Virus record (IMG/VR): IMGVR_UViG_3300011008_000999
Source of the DNA: a virus
Lineage: Duplodnaviria > Caudoviricetes
Strand: one strand, 5' to 3'
DNA: 64,000 nt
Below are positions 39,978 to 51,187 of this stretch, piece by piece. A program made the translations under genes and the position numbers. The notes under the pieces were generated by a model. The model saw only the letters and a list, made by a program, of their open reading frames with translations, searched no databases and was not told where the DNA came from. Within the stretch, counting starts at the first letter, position 1, and each line of letters opens with the position of its first letter.

Positions 39978-41117
39978 TTATTCTCCTCCATTATCAAATG
40001 AAATGTATTTACTAAGTTTAGATTCCTTAATGGCTTTTACTGATAGTATACTGTTAATCATCCAACTAACAGATTCACGATCTTCATACTTTTCAAAATA
40101 TCTTAACATTTTATCAGTAACGTCATTAAATTTGTTGAAGAAGTCATGTGTTTTCTTTTCTGATTCATTCATATCTTCATATTCTATATGTACATTATCA
40201 TAAGATTCATTTTCACCTACTAGTACATGAAAAACTATGAAACCTTCAACGTTATCTTCTTTTGGACTAGTCTTATACATATATGAAAGTACATTTTTCA
40301 TTTTTTCATCTTCAAGCATAACAATGTTCAATGGCATGAAGCTTAAATTATTTTCATCACATATAAGCTTAGGTATATCATAAATCAAATCAAGAACAAT
40401 TTGCTCAGATATTTCTGTCTGATAATAAGGAAACAGATACATCATAGGCTGATTATAAATACCTCTATAATCTTGATTCTCACCAAGTTGTTTAATAGTC
40501 ATAGCGATCATAGTAGTTACTTCACCATTACGCTCCACATAATAGATACAACCAAATTGCATCCAAAATATGATATTCTCTCGAGCAGCTTCTTCAGAAT
40601 CAAGCACGTCATTCTTTTTGAGATATCTAATTAAGTAATCAGTAATTTTATCTAAATCATCCCAAGTGGCATATTTCAAAACATACTTACTTTTAACTCC
40701 AACTGATTTATTTTTACGTCTAACATTTCTAGGAGTTATGAGAATTGATCTGTTGTATTCATCATACGCAAGAAGTCTATGTCGCTGACAATAGTCTATA
40801 ACTTGCACATATGAATCCAAATAGTCTTTAATCTGTTGCTTATACTTAGGTTTAAGATATTTGATATATTCCATGCTATATAGTTTGTTGTCCTTAGATT
40901 CATTACAATCTTTACATAATGGAATTAAGTTAATCATTTGATTAGATCCACCTTTATCAAGTGGAATAAAATGATCCACTGTCATCTGATAACCTGCAAA
41001 AATAGGTGTTCCACAATGTGCACACTTATTACCTGATTTTGCACAAATATCTTCTTTTTCATCAAGAGTAAAATGTTCTCTATCGTAATATTTCTTTTGT
41101 ATTAAATTCCCTTCCAA
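39978..41117 (-). CDS. HNH endonuclease domain protein with C-terminal extension
   Basis: CAHCG...TVDHFIPLDKGGSN...NL.PLCKDCN..K. Confidence 0.85.
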   Translation of the reverse strand: MEGNLIQKKYYDREHFTLDEKEDICAKSGNKCAHCGTPIFAGYQMTVDHFIPLDKGGSNQMINLIPLCKDCNESKDNKLYSMEYIKYLKPKYKQQIKDYLDSYVQVIDYCQRHRLLAYDEYNRSILITPRNVRRKNKSVGVKSKYVLKYATWDDLDKITDYLIRYLKKNDVLDSEEAARENIIFWMQFGCIYYVERNGEVTTMIAMTIKQLGENQDYRGIYNQPMMYLFPYYQTEISEQIVLDLIYDIPKLICDENNLSFMPLNIVMLEDEKMKNVLSYMYKTSPKEDNVEGFIVFHVLVGENESYDNVHIEYEDMNESEKKTHDFFNKFNDVTDKMLRYFEKYEDRESVSWMINSILSVKAIKESKLSKYISFDNGGE

Positions 41118-41496
41118 TTTATCTACCTCCTTATAAGTCTAATTCTTTTGCTAAGAAAAGTAGATGCTCAAGCATTTCTGGTGATTCTAATGCTGGACGT
41201 AATGTTTTCCAAAGTTCAGCTGCACCAACTTGCTCTTCCATATAATCTGCAATACTATCGAGCTTCCAACGTTCATAATCATGCTCTTCGCTCATTCGTT
41301 TCAGATCATTATAACAATAAACTTTACCACTCATGGAACCAATCCTCCTTATCATACTTACCAGCTAAAAAGTCATAGGCAGAATCTGGTGTGTTATCAG
41401 TTACAATCATGATAGCTACAATAATACAAGCAACAAACATTCCAATAAACAATGGCAACATAATTTGAAACATATTCGTATTCTCCTTTTTATTTT

Positions 41497-41529
41497 ATTA
41501 TATCAAGAGCAAATACAAATGTAAATAGT
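41497..41529 (-). promoter_or_regulatory. Conserved promoter ACTATTTACA-N17-TATAAT
   Basis: Consensus motif. Confidence 0.85.
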
Positions 41530-41562
41530 TGTTCTGTATTATTATTAAATAGCTTTACATTT

Positions 41563-43955
41563 TTAGACTGAACTTGCCCAGAAACAGCTTGCAGTATTGT
41601 TATATCTAATGTTGATGTTCTTTTTCTTAAAGAACTCTCTAATATTGTTTCTAGTATCATCTTCAAGATTCAGAATATACGAGTCAATGTATTTTTGACA
41701 ATTAGGCTTCATTTTAATATCAACTACACCTTCCATTCCATTCTGAAATTTGAACTCAAAGATTGCATCATTATACTCATTATTAAGCTCGTCTAAAATA
41801 TCTTGTGTAATCATAGGTATTCCTCCTTATTTTCTAAGTACGAAGTATCTATCTTCATTACAAGCTTGAATAAGATCTTCTTTTGTATATTTCACATCTC
41901 TAATACCTAATTCATTGAGTATCTTTACTAAAGTAGAAAAGTCTTTAACTCTCTTTCCTTTACCTGCTACATAATTGTAGAAGTTCTTTTCACCAAGTCT
42001 CTTAGCAATTCTAGTTAAATTGAACTCATAATCACCTACAGTATCAGCACCAATTGCAAAAACTGTAGTATAAGTATCATAAGCACTAGTGATCCAGAAG
42101 CTATAAGAAAGCTTAGACTCAATGGTTCCGTCTAAAAACTGCTGATACATGAATGTATCTTTCATTTTTTCGTATACGTCTCTATATTGACCTTCACCTG
42201 CTTCATCACATTTAGCAAGAAATCTTCTTCTTTCATCTGCAGTCATTGGAATACAACCTCTAAAAGAACTATCATGCTCTACACAATCTGCAGCTTCTTC
42301 AATAGTAAATCCTGGTAAAGTACCAATGCTATTCCATGGATCGTCTAAATATGTAACATAGAAAGTCATACTTATACCTCCTTATTTTTTAATCTTAAAT
42401 GAACCATCTTGTTCATTAAATTTAGCTCTGTACATATGACCAACTTCGTATATAGTAGAACATTCATCATACTCATAAAGTATCTTAGAATTTTCTGGTT
42501 CTACAAAACTAAATTGGTATTCACAAGTAGATTTGTTTCTACCATCATCATCTATACCATAAATCATATTTTTCGCAATACAAGTTATGGTACAATCAAT
42601 TATGTGCTTTTTCTTAAAAAACATAATTTATACCTCATAATTTCCTTACAGATTATTGTTAATCAGCAATAATTTTAGAGCCAAAGATCTTTTCAATAAG
42701 CAGTAATTGGTCATATGCAGCCATTACAGTTGTATAAGAAGCTTTAGCATAATCATATAACTTCTGTCCAAATTCAGTAAATTCTACATTGACTACCTCA
42801 GTATCTTCTACATATTCTGGATAATATGTTACACCATTACGACTAATTTTCATAACTGCATAAGGCGCATTAGTCTTACGAATAGCAAATGGTAAACCAG
42901 CTGGAATCCATACATCATCGCCATTGTTATCTATTCTGCAGCCAAATCTTTCTGCGTCATCTTTAGCAGCTACACTATCTGCACCATCATATAAGCTAAT
43001 CTGATCTATCATAATAGGTTCATTATAACTAAACTGACCATTTACAAACATTTTATCAAACAGATCTTTATCTTCTGCATACAAAATAGGTTTTAATTCT
43101 CTAAATAGCATATTTCAGCCTCCTTAATCATATACTAAAGTAGTTTTGTCAAACATTAGATTATTCCAATTATCTACATAAACTGTTACAGTAGTGACAT
43201 TTATACTAGCCTGACTTCCAATTCCTATATGTTGAGATCCACCTTTTTTAGTAGATACTAAATTGATAAATCTTTCTTTAGAAATTTTAGTAGCATAACC
43301 ATATCTATCATTTTCATAAAATTCTTTTGCAGATTCTATATCAGATCCATTAATCTTAGCTTCATGCCAACCATATTGTGGATGTTTCTTATAGAAATAT
43401 CTAAAACCACTTACAATACCTCCAGCATTGCCTGATAACTTAATGTCATACTTTTCTGAATAGTCTGAATCATAAGATAAGTCTAAGCCTTTAGATCTGA
43501 GAGCTCTTTCCATATCTTTTTCGATATCTTTCCAAGTATCATAATTGATTAAATGAACATCTTCTATCTTATAACCAAATTGTTCTAATGTGCCAACTAA
43601 TACGTCCATAATTTCATCTGCTTTAGACATGATAAAATCTACCTCCTTATTAATCTTCTAATTCACCAATAAATATTATATCTTTAAAATTAAACATAGT
43701 ACCATTATCATCTACAATATTATCATCTTCAACTCTATCAAATACTATTTCATATACATGTCCACTTCGTGCAATCATAAATAAATTTTGGCCTTTTTCA
43801 AATACTAATAAGAAACTATTACCATTATCATCTTTACAACTTGCGCCTTTAGCGTCTTGCCATACTAATGATGTTCTTGGATTTTGTCCTGTAAACAATT
43901 TATCTTCTGTTATTACTTTAATATTATTACCATAAACCATATTATCAAAATACAT
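41563..43955 (-). other. Run of six small hypothetical genes
   Basis: ORFs 41563-41814, 41827-42369, 42382-42624, 42659-43111, 43124-43630, 43650-43955, each with a (G)GAGG RBS. Confidence 0.7.
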
Positions 43956-43993
43956 ATTAAAATCCTCCTTATAAACAAATTCTTCTTATAAAC

Positions 43994-44054
43994 AAAATGA
44001 CCAGCTTCATTTCTGAAACCAGTCATTTTTCTCATCCTTATATAATTAAATAGC
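43994..44054 (-). repeat. Repeated CTATTTA-T(T/A)ATA + AAAATGAC-hairpin-GTCATTTT element, copy 1
   Basis: Same architecture at 50724-50790 and 62460-62526; variant at 59787-59847. Confidence 0.7.
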
Positions 44055-44057
44055 CTT

Positions 44058-45623
44058 TTATTTCTTCCATTCAAATTTTAATGAACCACTACCCCAAATT
44101 ACTGGATAATTCTTAAGCTTACTATATAACTTAGGGTTTCTTGCAACTACATTATCTCTAGATATTACATACCATTTATTTGGACCAGTATCTCCAATTA
44201 GCTCCATACCTAAAGCTAAATAAGACTTACCATCAAACTTATTAAAGTCACAATAACTGAATACTTTTGATGGAGTATAATCAGTGACAAAATGTTTAAA
44301 TAACTTACTTACACCACCTATGACTATATTATTAGAACCTGGACAACCACGAATGATTTCCCATTCATTATCGTTTTTAAGGTTTCTATTATATCTAGTT
44401 TTACTAAATGACATAAGTTGAACTAATTCATTTTTGTAGAATAATCCATACGTAACTTGAGCATTTCTATGACCTTGTAAATGCGTAGCTTCATTAAATG
44501 GTTTAGCATCTTGATTAGATATTAGCCTAACTTCACACTGACGAGCATATATCTTAGATACTGAACCTAATGATATATTCAGTAACTGCTTAATCTTATC
44601 AGGATAATTAGACCATTCCCATTCATAAATATGAATCAATCTTATTCCTCTATCTCTACAAGCTTTAGACTTATCTATATGATAAGTTTTATTCTTATGT
44701 TCTGCATCATGCCAGAATGTTCCATTACACTCTATAGCAATATGTTTATCTGGAATATATACGTCTAATTCATAAGGCTTTAGAATATCTCTAGTATTAG
44801 TAATAATCTTACCAGAATAGATAGATTTAATGTAGTCAATAACTTCAGTTTCAAATAAAGAACTTTGATAATGATTAATCTCACTATATTTTTGGATATT
44901 GATAAGCTCTGAATTCTTTATAAAGGCATTATTTCCACAATAAATAGGATGTACGTTAATCTTATCAATAACAAAAGTCCAACCAAAACCATATTTCTGA
45001 ATAACTTCATCTCTACTAATACAATCATTTTGTATCATAAATTCTTGTAATCTAGACTGTTTTAATTGTTTTGTATGTTGTTTTACTATATCAGACTGCT
45101 GAGGACGTTCTGTACCATATTTAGCTAAACTAGTAGCTTTACTTTTGTCCTTAACATCATCACTTTGCCAAGAATACTCTACTCCATAACGTTCTAGATT
45201 AGTTTGTCTAATCTTTTCTTTTATTTGTTCCGATGCATATACATTTTCAACACCATACTTCTCGACGTTTGTTTTAGCTCTTTTAGTCTTAGCTTCTTTT
45301 GATTGACTATTTACTTTTGCTTTTTCTTTAGTCTCCTCAAGATTAAGATTGCATTTTACTCCATATTTTTCAATAGAAGTTTGTTTAATCTTTTCTCGGA
45401 CCACTGGATCTAAGTTAGCACACTTAGAAGAACAATATAATCTATAACCAGTTAGTATAGTATCAAATGCAGTTTCTTTTCCACAAATCTTACACTTACC
45501 TTCAGAATCAGTTTTAAGATACTTATCATAATAATCTTTACTTGCTAACTGATGTTTTCTCTTAAGATGACTACTTATTCCTTTAGGTCCGCATTCTTGA
45601 CCACATATTTTACACTTAAACAT
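44058..45623 (-). CDS. Homing endonuclease: zinc fingers + Vsr-like nuclease + Hef-like C-terminal domain
   Basis: CKICG..SHL...H, KYGVE repeats, ELDVYIPDKHIAIECNGTFWH, IYARQCEV..HLQG..GGVSKL..FSYCD. Confidence 0.82.
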   Translation of the reverse strand: MFKCKICGQECGPKGISSHLKRKHQLASKDYYDKYLKTDSEGKCKICGKETAFDTILTGYRLYCSSKCANLDPVVREKIKQTSIEKYGVKCNLNLEETKEKAKVNSQSKEAKTKRAKTNVEKYGVENVYASEQIKEKIRQTNLERYGVEYSWQSDDVKDKSKATSLAKYGTERPQQSDIVKQHTKQLKQSRLQEFMIQNDCISRDEVIQKYGFGWTFVIDKINVHPIYCGNNAFIKNSELINIQKYSEINHYQSSLFETEVIDYIKSIYSGKIITNTRDILKPYELDVYIPDKHIAIECNGTFWHDAEHKNKTYHIDKSKACRDRGIRLIHIYEWEWSNYPDKIKQLLNISLGSVSKIYARQCEVRLISNQDAKPFNEATHLQGHRNAQVTYGLFYKNELVQLMSFSKTRYNRNLKNDNEWEIIRGCPGSNNIVIGGVSKLFKHFVTDYTPSKVFSYCDFNKFDGKSYLALGMELIGDTGPNKWYVISRDNVVARNPKLYSKLKNYPVIWGSGSLKFEWKK

Positions 45624-45664
45624 ATTTATCTCCAATTCTACTTAGAGATAAATATCTCTAAGCT

Positions 45665-46060
45665 TTAATCTTTTACTTCGACTAAAGTGTCGATTGACAA
45701 TGGGTTATTTTGAATAATACCAGGCAAAACGGAAGCATCATTACGCTGAGTACAAAGTATACAATGTATTCCAGCAGATCTTCCAAGCTGAGTAATACTT
45801 TGTATGTTACTAATAATCTCGTCTTTTAAAGCGTCTTCAGCTTTACCTTCAGTAGTTTTAATACCAGACTTACCAGTTAACTCTGCAATCTCATCTACTA
45901 CAATCAATAGACGAGGCATTTCATCTGTATAACATTTATCTACACAGTTCTTATTGACTGGAATCCAATGTTCTCCATCAAGTTGAATTTCAAGTTCTGG
46001 CAATTGAACTTCTACTTTTGCTTTAGCATTTTTACCAGTATCATTTAACATCCATCCCAT
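45665..46060 (-). CDS. FtsK/SpoIIIE (coupling protein-like) ATPase internal fragment ending in an intein-N remnant
   Basis: PRLLIVVDEIAEL (Walker B), LGRSAGIHCILCTQR, PGIIQNN then PLSIDTLVEVKD-stop; no Walker A. Confidence 0.85.
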   Translation of the reverse strand: MGWMLNDTGKNAKAKVEVQLPELEIQLDGEHWIPVNKNCVDKCYTDEMPRLLIVVDEIAELTGKSGIKTTEGKAEDALKDEIISNIQSITQLGRSAGIHCILCTQRNDASVLPGIIQNNPLSIDTLVEVKD

Positions 46061-46063
46061 TGT

Positions 46064-46957
46064 TTAATTCACCTCCAATTTACCTGCACCATATATAGTA
46101 TATCCATTATCATATATCTTAGTTGGTTCAGGAATAACATCTAATAAACTATTTTTATTAAAGTCATTTTTAGGATATTTGTCTATACCTAAAATCAATT
46201 CTTTTAATAAATGTTTTTGTTTATCAATATCTTCAAATTCATAAATATGTATTAGACGTATACCTTTATCTCGACATAATAATGACTTATGTAAATGATA
46301 ATCTTTAGGCGTTCCAGCATTTACAGAATGATACCATTTACCATTATACTCTATGGCTAATTTCAAATCTGGCAAATATATGTCTAATTCGAATGGATAA
46401 ATAATCTTACGTCTATTTTCTAGTATTATTCCTTTATAGAACGTTTTTATATATTCTACAAGTTCTTTTTCTGCATGTGAAGTGCTACAATTAGGCCTTT
46501 TTACTGATACATAGTCTATAATTTTTTGTATTTCATTGATAGGCACAAATTTAGTTTGACTATCCATATAAATAAAATTAACTATATTACTTGAATACCA
46601 ACCATGTCCATATTGTACTCTTAAATCATTCGCAAATATACAATTATGGTCAAGCTCAAATTGTTTTATTTTACTATTTCTAGTATCTTTCCATGCATTA
46701 GGATTAAAATGATCCTTGTCTGAATACATACATTCTGGCGAGCAATATTTTCCAATATATCCTATAGAGATAGTTTTGAACTTGGTATCTTTTCCACATA
46801 CTGTACATTTTCCTTCATTAGGTTTTCTTAAATATTTATCATAATACTCTTTAGCTGAAAGTTTATGTTCAATAAGATGATTACCTAATACTTTACATGT
46901 TTTACTACATATTATACAAGTTTGTGATTGATCTCCATTACGATCGAACCATCCCAT
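46064..46957 (-). CDS. Free-standing Vsr-like homing endonuclease
   Basis: Zinc fingers, EYYDKYL...EGKC, ELDIYLPDLKLAIEYNGKWYHS, IRLIHIYEFED. Confidence 0.82.
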   Translation of the reverse strand: MGWFDRNGDQSQTCIICSKTCKVLGNHLIEHKLSAKEYYDKYLRKPNEGKCTVCGKDTKFKTISIGYIGKYCSPECMYSDKDHFNPNAWKDTRNSKIKQFELDHNCIFANDLRVQYGHGWYSSNIVNFIYMDSQTKFVPINEIQKIIDYVSVKRPNCSTSHAEKELVEYIKTFYKGIILENRRKIIYPFELDIYLPDLKLAIEYNGKWYHSVNAGTPKDYHLHKSLLCRDKGIRLIHIYEFEDIDKQKHLLKELILGIDKYPKNDFNKNSLLDVIPEPTKIYDNGYTIYGAGKLEVN

Positions 46958-46969
46958 ACTAACACCTCC

Positions 46970-47242
46970 TTAGATAGTAATCCAGTGATCACCTTCGTAC
47001 TGAATCAGTCCAAGTATTTCATCTTCTATGAATCTTACACCGTCAGATGTGCCTATAATAACTGTACCAATATTACCTGAAATCTTAACTACGATGAAAT
47101 ATGCTTCAGGGTCATTTACATCGTATACAAATGAGTCCTTTGAGATAAATTTCTTTTTAGTATCATCGTAGTCAAATTCAATTGGATCAATACCAAGCTG
47201 ATCAAAATAAGGTTTCATTGCCTCGTTAATATTAGTGTTCAT
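46970..47242 (-). CDS. Hypothetical protein
   Basis: ORF in operon. Confidence 0.6.
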   Translation of the reverse strand: MNTNINEAMKPYFDQLGIDPIEFDYDDTKKKFISKDSFVYDVNDPEAYFIVVKISGNIGTVIIGTSDGVRFIEDEILGLIQYEGDHWITI

Positions 47243-47246
47243 TCTT

Positions 47247-48083
47247 TTAATTTCCTTTCTTGAATAGGTTAAATTTTATTTTTTGTTGTGTATCTTTTTC
47301 TTTTATAAAACGATCTAAAATAAACAATAGATCTTCTGGAAGTCTATTACGAACTTCCTGTTTCATATCTTCAGGAACTCCATAAAAAGCTTCTGCCATA
47401 CTTCCTGCAATACAAGTTAATGTATCGCAATCACCACCAAGAGAAACTGCTGTACGTATAACATCTTCAAAGTCATTACTTTCTAAGAATGCTGTAATAG
47501 CTTGTGGTACAGTTTCTTGACATGTTTCTACATGATGATATGTAGGTCTAATTTCATCACAAGTTTTAGATAAATCATATCCAAATTCATCAATTACATA
47601 CTGTTTGATGTAGTCTTTATCTTTACCTGTTCTAGCTAAGAAAATAACTGAAGCAGTTGCTTCTGCACCTTTAATTCCTTCAGGATGATTATGTGTTACT
47701 TCTGCTGTAAGTCTAGCTACTTCTCTTGTTTTCTCTATAGTATTAAATAGCCATCCAACTGATGAAACTCTCATAGCAGATCCATTACCACAGCTATTAT
47801 ATGGTTCTGTATGATTTGTTTTAAGCCACCAAGAGAATCTTGTTCCATAACCTTCATCTGGATATAATGCTCCATAATGTTTCATAGACTTAACTATTGC
47901 TTTTTTAATCTTTTCATTAGACTTAAATCTAGTATCAAGTAGAGCTTCTGCTACTGCTAGAGTCATAACTGTATCATCTGTTTTTCTACTAGATTCGATC
48001 CATAATGGAAAATCTTTTCGTTTTTCACTTCTATCATATTCATAAGGTGCTCCAACCATATCACCTAAAATTGCTCCATACAT
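47247..48083 (-). CDS. ADP-ribosylglycohydrolase (DraG/ARH family)
   Basis: GAILGD.VGAPYE, TDDT, GNGSAMR, THNHPEG, GGDCDT. Confidence 0.93.
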   Translation of the reverse strand: MYGAILGDMVGAPYEYDRSEKRKDFPLWIESSRKTDDTVMTLAVAEALLDTRFKSNEKIKKAIVKSMKHYGALYPDEGYGTRFSWWLKTNHTEPYNSCGNGSAMRVSSVGWLFNTIEKTREVARLTAEVTHNHPEGIKGAEATASVIFLARTGKDKDYIKQYVIDEFGYDLSKTCDEIRPTYHHVETCQETVPQAITAFLESNDFEDVIRTAVSLGGDCDTLTCIAGSMAEAFYGVPEDMKQEVRNRLPEDLLFILDRFIKEKDTQQKIKFNLFKKGN

Positions 48084-48149
48084 AGGTAATTTCCTTTCTG
48101 TGAATAAAAATCGAACCTAGTATATAAAATACCAGGTTCGAAATTTATT

Positions 48150-49874
48150 TTAATTATCATCTTCTAAATCTTCCTCAGATTCATTATCGAAGTAGAAACC
48201 GATCTTATGTTCTTTGTCTTTACCTCTATTGAAAATACGAGTAAGATTTAACATTCTTCGGCCATCAAAGCCTTTTTCATCACCTTCAGCATCTGCAAAT
48301 GTATAGAACTGAAATATAAAGCTTTCATTTACATCAAGTTCAATATTAGTAAGAATCGCTACACCTGAAGAAGCATTGAATTCTTTAATATGTGTTCTAA
48401 GCTCATCTAATAATTCAATTGGTTTATAGACAATAATATTATTTCTAAGTCTACCGCGCTTCTCAAAGTAATATGTTTTATTTTTAAGAACATTTGCTCT
48501 AGCTGTACCAGCGACACTTTCAAGTAATGGTTTAGTGAGTCTAGGATCTCTTGAATTATCGATAAGAGTTTCAAAGACTTCTTCCCAACCTCTTACCCTG
48601 TCATAATAGTCAGCTAATCTATGTTTAGCTACATATTTAGCAACTGCTTTACGATCTTTTTCTGGTGTATCATAGAAGTCATAGAAAATTTTAAGCATAT
48701 TAAGTATATGCTCTTCGAGTACATTGAGATCAATAATATCTCTATACATATTATAGATAATATATCTAGGTGCGTCAGACTTATACTTAGTTAATGCTCT
48801 CTGAACTGCACTAAAATATCCTAAACTTAACGCTGTATCAATATCTACACAGATAGTCATAGCTTCCAGACCAGATGACTGATATTCTTTAAACATCTTA
48901 TGTCTAAACTCAATTACTCTAGAATATTCTACATACGTCTTAATATTATTAAGAAGTTTGTTTTTAATATTTTCACCTATTGAAGAATCAGTATAGTTAG
49001 ACATAGTTATGTTTCGTTTAACTTCAGTCTTAGCAGTTTCAAAATAATCTGACAGTTTTAACTTATATGATGCATTAGAGTTTAACATACCTGCAACTCT
49101 ATTTTCTAAGTTAGGTACATTTACAGTTAAGAATTTATCGACATTTTCAATAAGCTGAGTAGTACTAACAGTGCTTCCAGATGTCCAAATCTTAGATTCT
49201 ATGTCTCTAATCCACTTTAAGATCTCGTCTCTAACTGCATCTAATTCCTTAGACTTTCTTTCAAATTCAGCTTGTTCCTGAGCTCTTTGCGCTTTGAAAT
49301 CAGCTTGTATTTTATTAAACTGTCCTTCATCAATTTCAACTACTCGACCTTTATCTAACTTACCGTAGAATACATAACCAGCATCATTTCTTACATAAGG
49401 TCTATAACACTTAACACGAAATACCCATTCAGTTCCACAAGGGAAATTTTCTGAATAAGTTTTCCATTCAGTAGATAAATCAAATGTACTTATGAGATTT
49501 TGAGGTCTAGTATAGCTAAATCTTGATCCATCATAATAACTTTCAAGTAAAGCTTTACCTTTAGCTTTTATAGTTACGTCATCATCAGCAAGATCAGTTT
49601 GAATATCAATAATTTTAGTTTCTTTTCCATCTTTACGCGTATATGGAATAAGTTTAGCTGTTACAGTAATAACACCACTTTCGGACTTTTTAGGTACAGT
49701 AAATGTAACAGTTTTTCCAGCCACAATCTGTTCAAGATGGTCTTCAGTCATATATCCTGGTTCAAAATAGTTATCATATACTTCTTTAAATATAGATAAG
49801 TTCTTTTTCTTACCAGCAGCATCAGTATATGAGTAATACCAACCATATGGACCATTTATTACTTTATTAGCCAT
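48150..49874 (-). CDS. Hypothetical protein with an N-terminal topoisomerase-C-type repeat
   Basis: MTEDHLEQIVAGKTVTFTVPKKS....TVTAKL resembles the repeats in 16101-16880 and 54583-55095. Confidence 0.6.
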   Translation of the reverse strand: MANKVINGPYGWYYSYTDAAGKKKNLSIFKEVYDNYFEPGYMTEDHLEQIVAGKTVTFTVPKKSESGVITVTAKLIPYTRKDGKETKIIDIQTDLADDDVTIKAKGKALLESYYDGSRFSYTRPQNLISTFDLSTEWKTYSENFPCGTEWVFRVKCYRPYVRNDAGYVFYGKLDKGRVVEIDEGQFNKIQADFKAQRAQEQAEFERKSKELDAVRDEILKWIRDIESKIWTSGSTVSTTQLIENVDKFLTVNVPNLENRVAGMLNSNASYKLKLSDYFETAKTEVKRNITMSNYTDSSIGENIKNKLLNNIKTYVEYSRVIEFRHKMFKEYQSSGLEAMTICVDIDTALSLGYFSAVQRALTKYKSDAPRYIIYNMYRDIIDLNVLEEHILNMLKIFYDFYDTPEKDRKAVAKYVAKHRLADYYDRVRGWEEVFETLIDNSRDPRLTKPLLESVAGTARANVLKNKTYYFEKRGRLRNNIIVYKPIELLDELRTHIKEFNASSGVAILTNIELDVNESFIFQFYTFADAEGDEKGFDGRRMLNLTRIFNRGKDKEHKIGFYFDNESEEDLEDDN

Positions 49875-49888
49875 GATCGATACCTCCT

Positions 49889-50698
49889 TTAGTTCGAATT
49901 AAAATGGTTATAAATAACTTGAATCATCTTAGGTCTAATTGTTATGAAATAAACTGCCTTGAAACAATCATCTGCTGCCATAGATAGTCCAACTTTCTGT
50001 GTAACTTCTTTTAAGTAGTCTGAATTATTATAAAATACTGACTGTAACATCTTAGAAGCAGCTGTATAATTTGGCCAAGCAAGTTCGTATTTTTCGTCAT
50101 TAAAGTTTGAATTAAGTGTATTTAAGTATGTTTCATCAATTCCATGTTCAGAAATATACTCAAATTCATCTTCATAATAAACTAAAATACTTTCAACCCA
50201 ATCATTATACTCATTTACATCAGTATCAATATTTAAACTAAGTGATTCATCTATAATTACTTTACTAATAGCTGATTTAAACTCCTTCATTCCAGGAGCA
50301 TTAGCCAGTTTCTGGAATGCATAGTTATGCCCAGTTCTTTCTAATAGATAATCATAACATTCATAGCAGTGAGATACAGTCATATCATGATTATAACTAA
50401 TATACTCAGAGATCTCCATATTATCTCTACTCCAGCCCTGTTTATTATTACCTACTTCATCCTGGACAACCGCTTTAAGTTTACCTGCAAACCAATGTTT
50501 AATCCAAGCTTCAGCTCTACCTCTGAAACCGCTATCCCATTTATCATTATCAATAATAAGACCAGTTCCTTCAGTATGACAATATTGCCAATACTTATTC
50601 ATTCCAGGACTATTTTCCCATTTACCATCAGATAACTGACCAATAACACCATCAATTATTCTAGCTCTAGTTGTGTTTCCTAAACTAATTGTCATCAT
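49889..50698 (-). CDS. Hypothetical protein
   Basis: VIGQLSDG.WEN motif; RBS present. Confidence 0.7.
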   Translation of the reverse strand: MMTISLGNTTRARIIDGVIGQLSDGKWENSPGMNKYWQYCHTEGTGLIIDNDKWDSGFRGRAEAWIKHWFAGKLKAVVQDEVGNNKQGWSRDNMEISEYISYNHDMTVSHCYECYDYLLERTGHNYAFQKLANAPGMKEFKSAISKVIIDESLSLNIDTDVNEYNDWVESILVYYEDEFEYISEHGIDETYLNTLNSNFNDEKYELAWPNYTAASKMLQSVFYNNSDYLKEVTQKVGLSMAADDCFKAVYFITIRPKMIQVIYNHFNSN

Positions 50699-50723
50699 GG
50701 TTATCTACCTCCGTAATCCAAAT

Positions 50724-50790
50724 AAAATGACTAATCTCTATATGAGACTAGTCATTTTTCACATTCTTACTCTATTATAATTAAATAGTT
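50724..50790 (-). repeat. Repeated promoter-like + hairpin element, copy 2
   Basis: CTATTTAATTATAAT...AAAATGACTAGTCTC-ATATA-GAGATTAGTCATTTT. Confidence 0.7.
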
Positions 50791-50792
50791 CT

Positions 50793-51176
50793 TTATAATA
50801 CAAAAGTAGATATAATACGTCCAATTTCAGCTATATCTACACGACCCTTAAATTCAAAGGTAGCAGTAAAATTATTTGAAAATACAATATAAAGTTCTGA
50901 GTCTGGAAATATCTCCATAAATCCAGTAGTCTGAATAGTAAAGTACTGAACCTTAGAATAAGGCATAGTACAAAATGATTTTCTCTTACCTGTTACACCT
51001 TGTACATCAATAGCTATAATTCGCTTATTAGTAAATACTAACTGATCTCTAATTGTTTGAAAAGCCATAATTATCTCTTCATCAGGTACAAATAATGCCT
51101 GTACTTCACTTCTTACTGAATCATTTGATATCTGTTTAAGATTAAATACATTGTCTTTGTTAAAATTTACTGCCAT
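50793..51176 (-). CDS. Bacterial PH domain protein
   Basis: F.TIRDQLVFTNKRIIAIDVQGVTGKRK....PYSKVQ.F.IQT.G...DSEL. Confidence 0.88.
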   Translation of the reverse strand: MAVNFNKDNVFNLKQISNDSVRSEVQALFVPDEEIIMAFQTIRDQLVFTNKRIIAIDVQGVTGKRKSFCTMPYSKVQYFTIQTTGFMEIFPDSELYIVFSNNFTATFEFKGRVDIAEIGRIISTFVL

Positions 51177-51187
51177 GATACCTCTCC

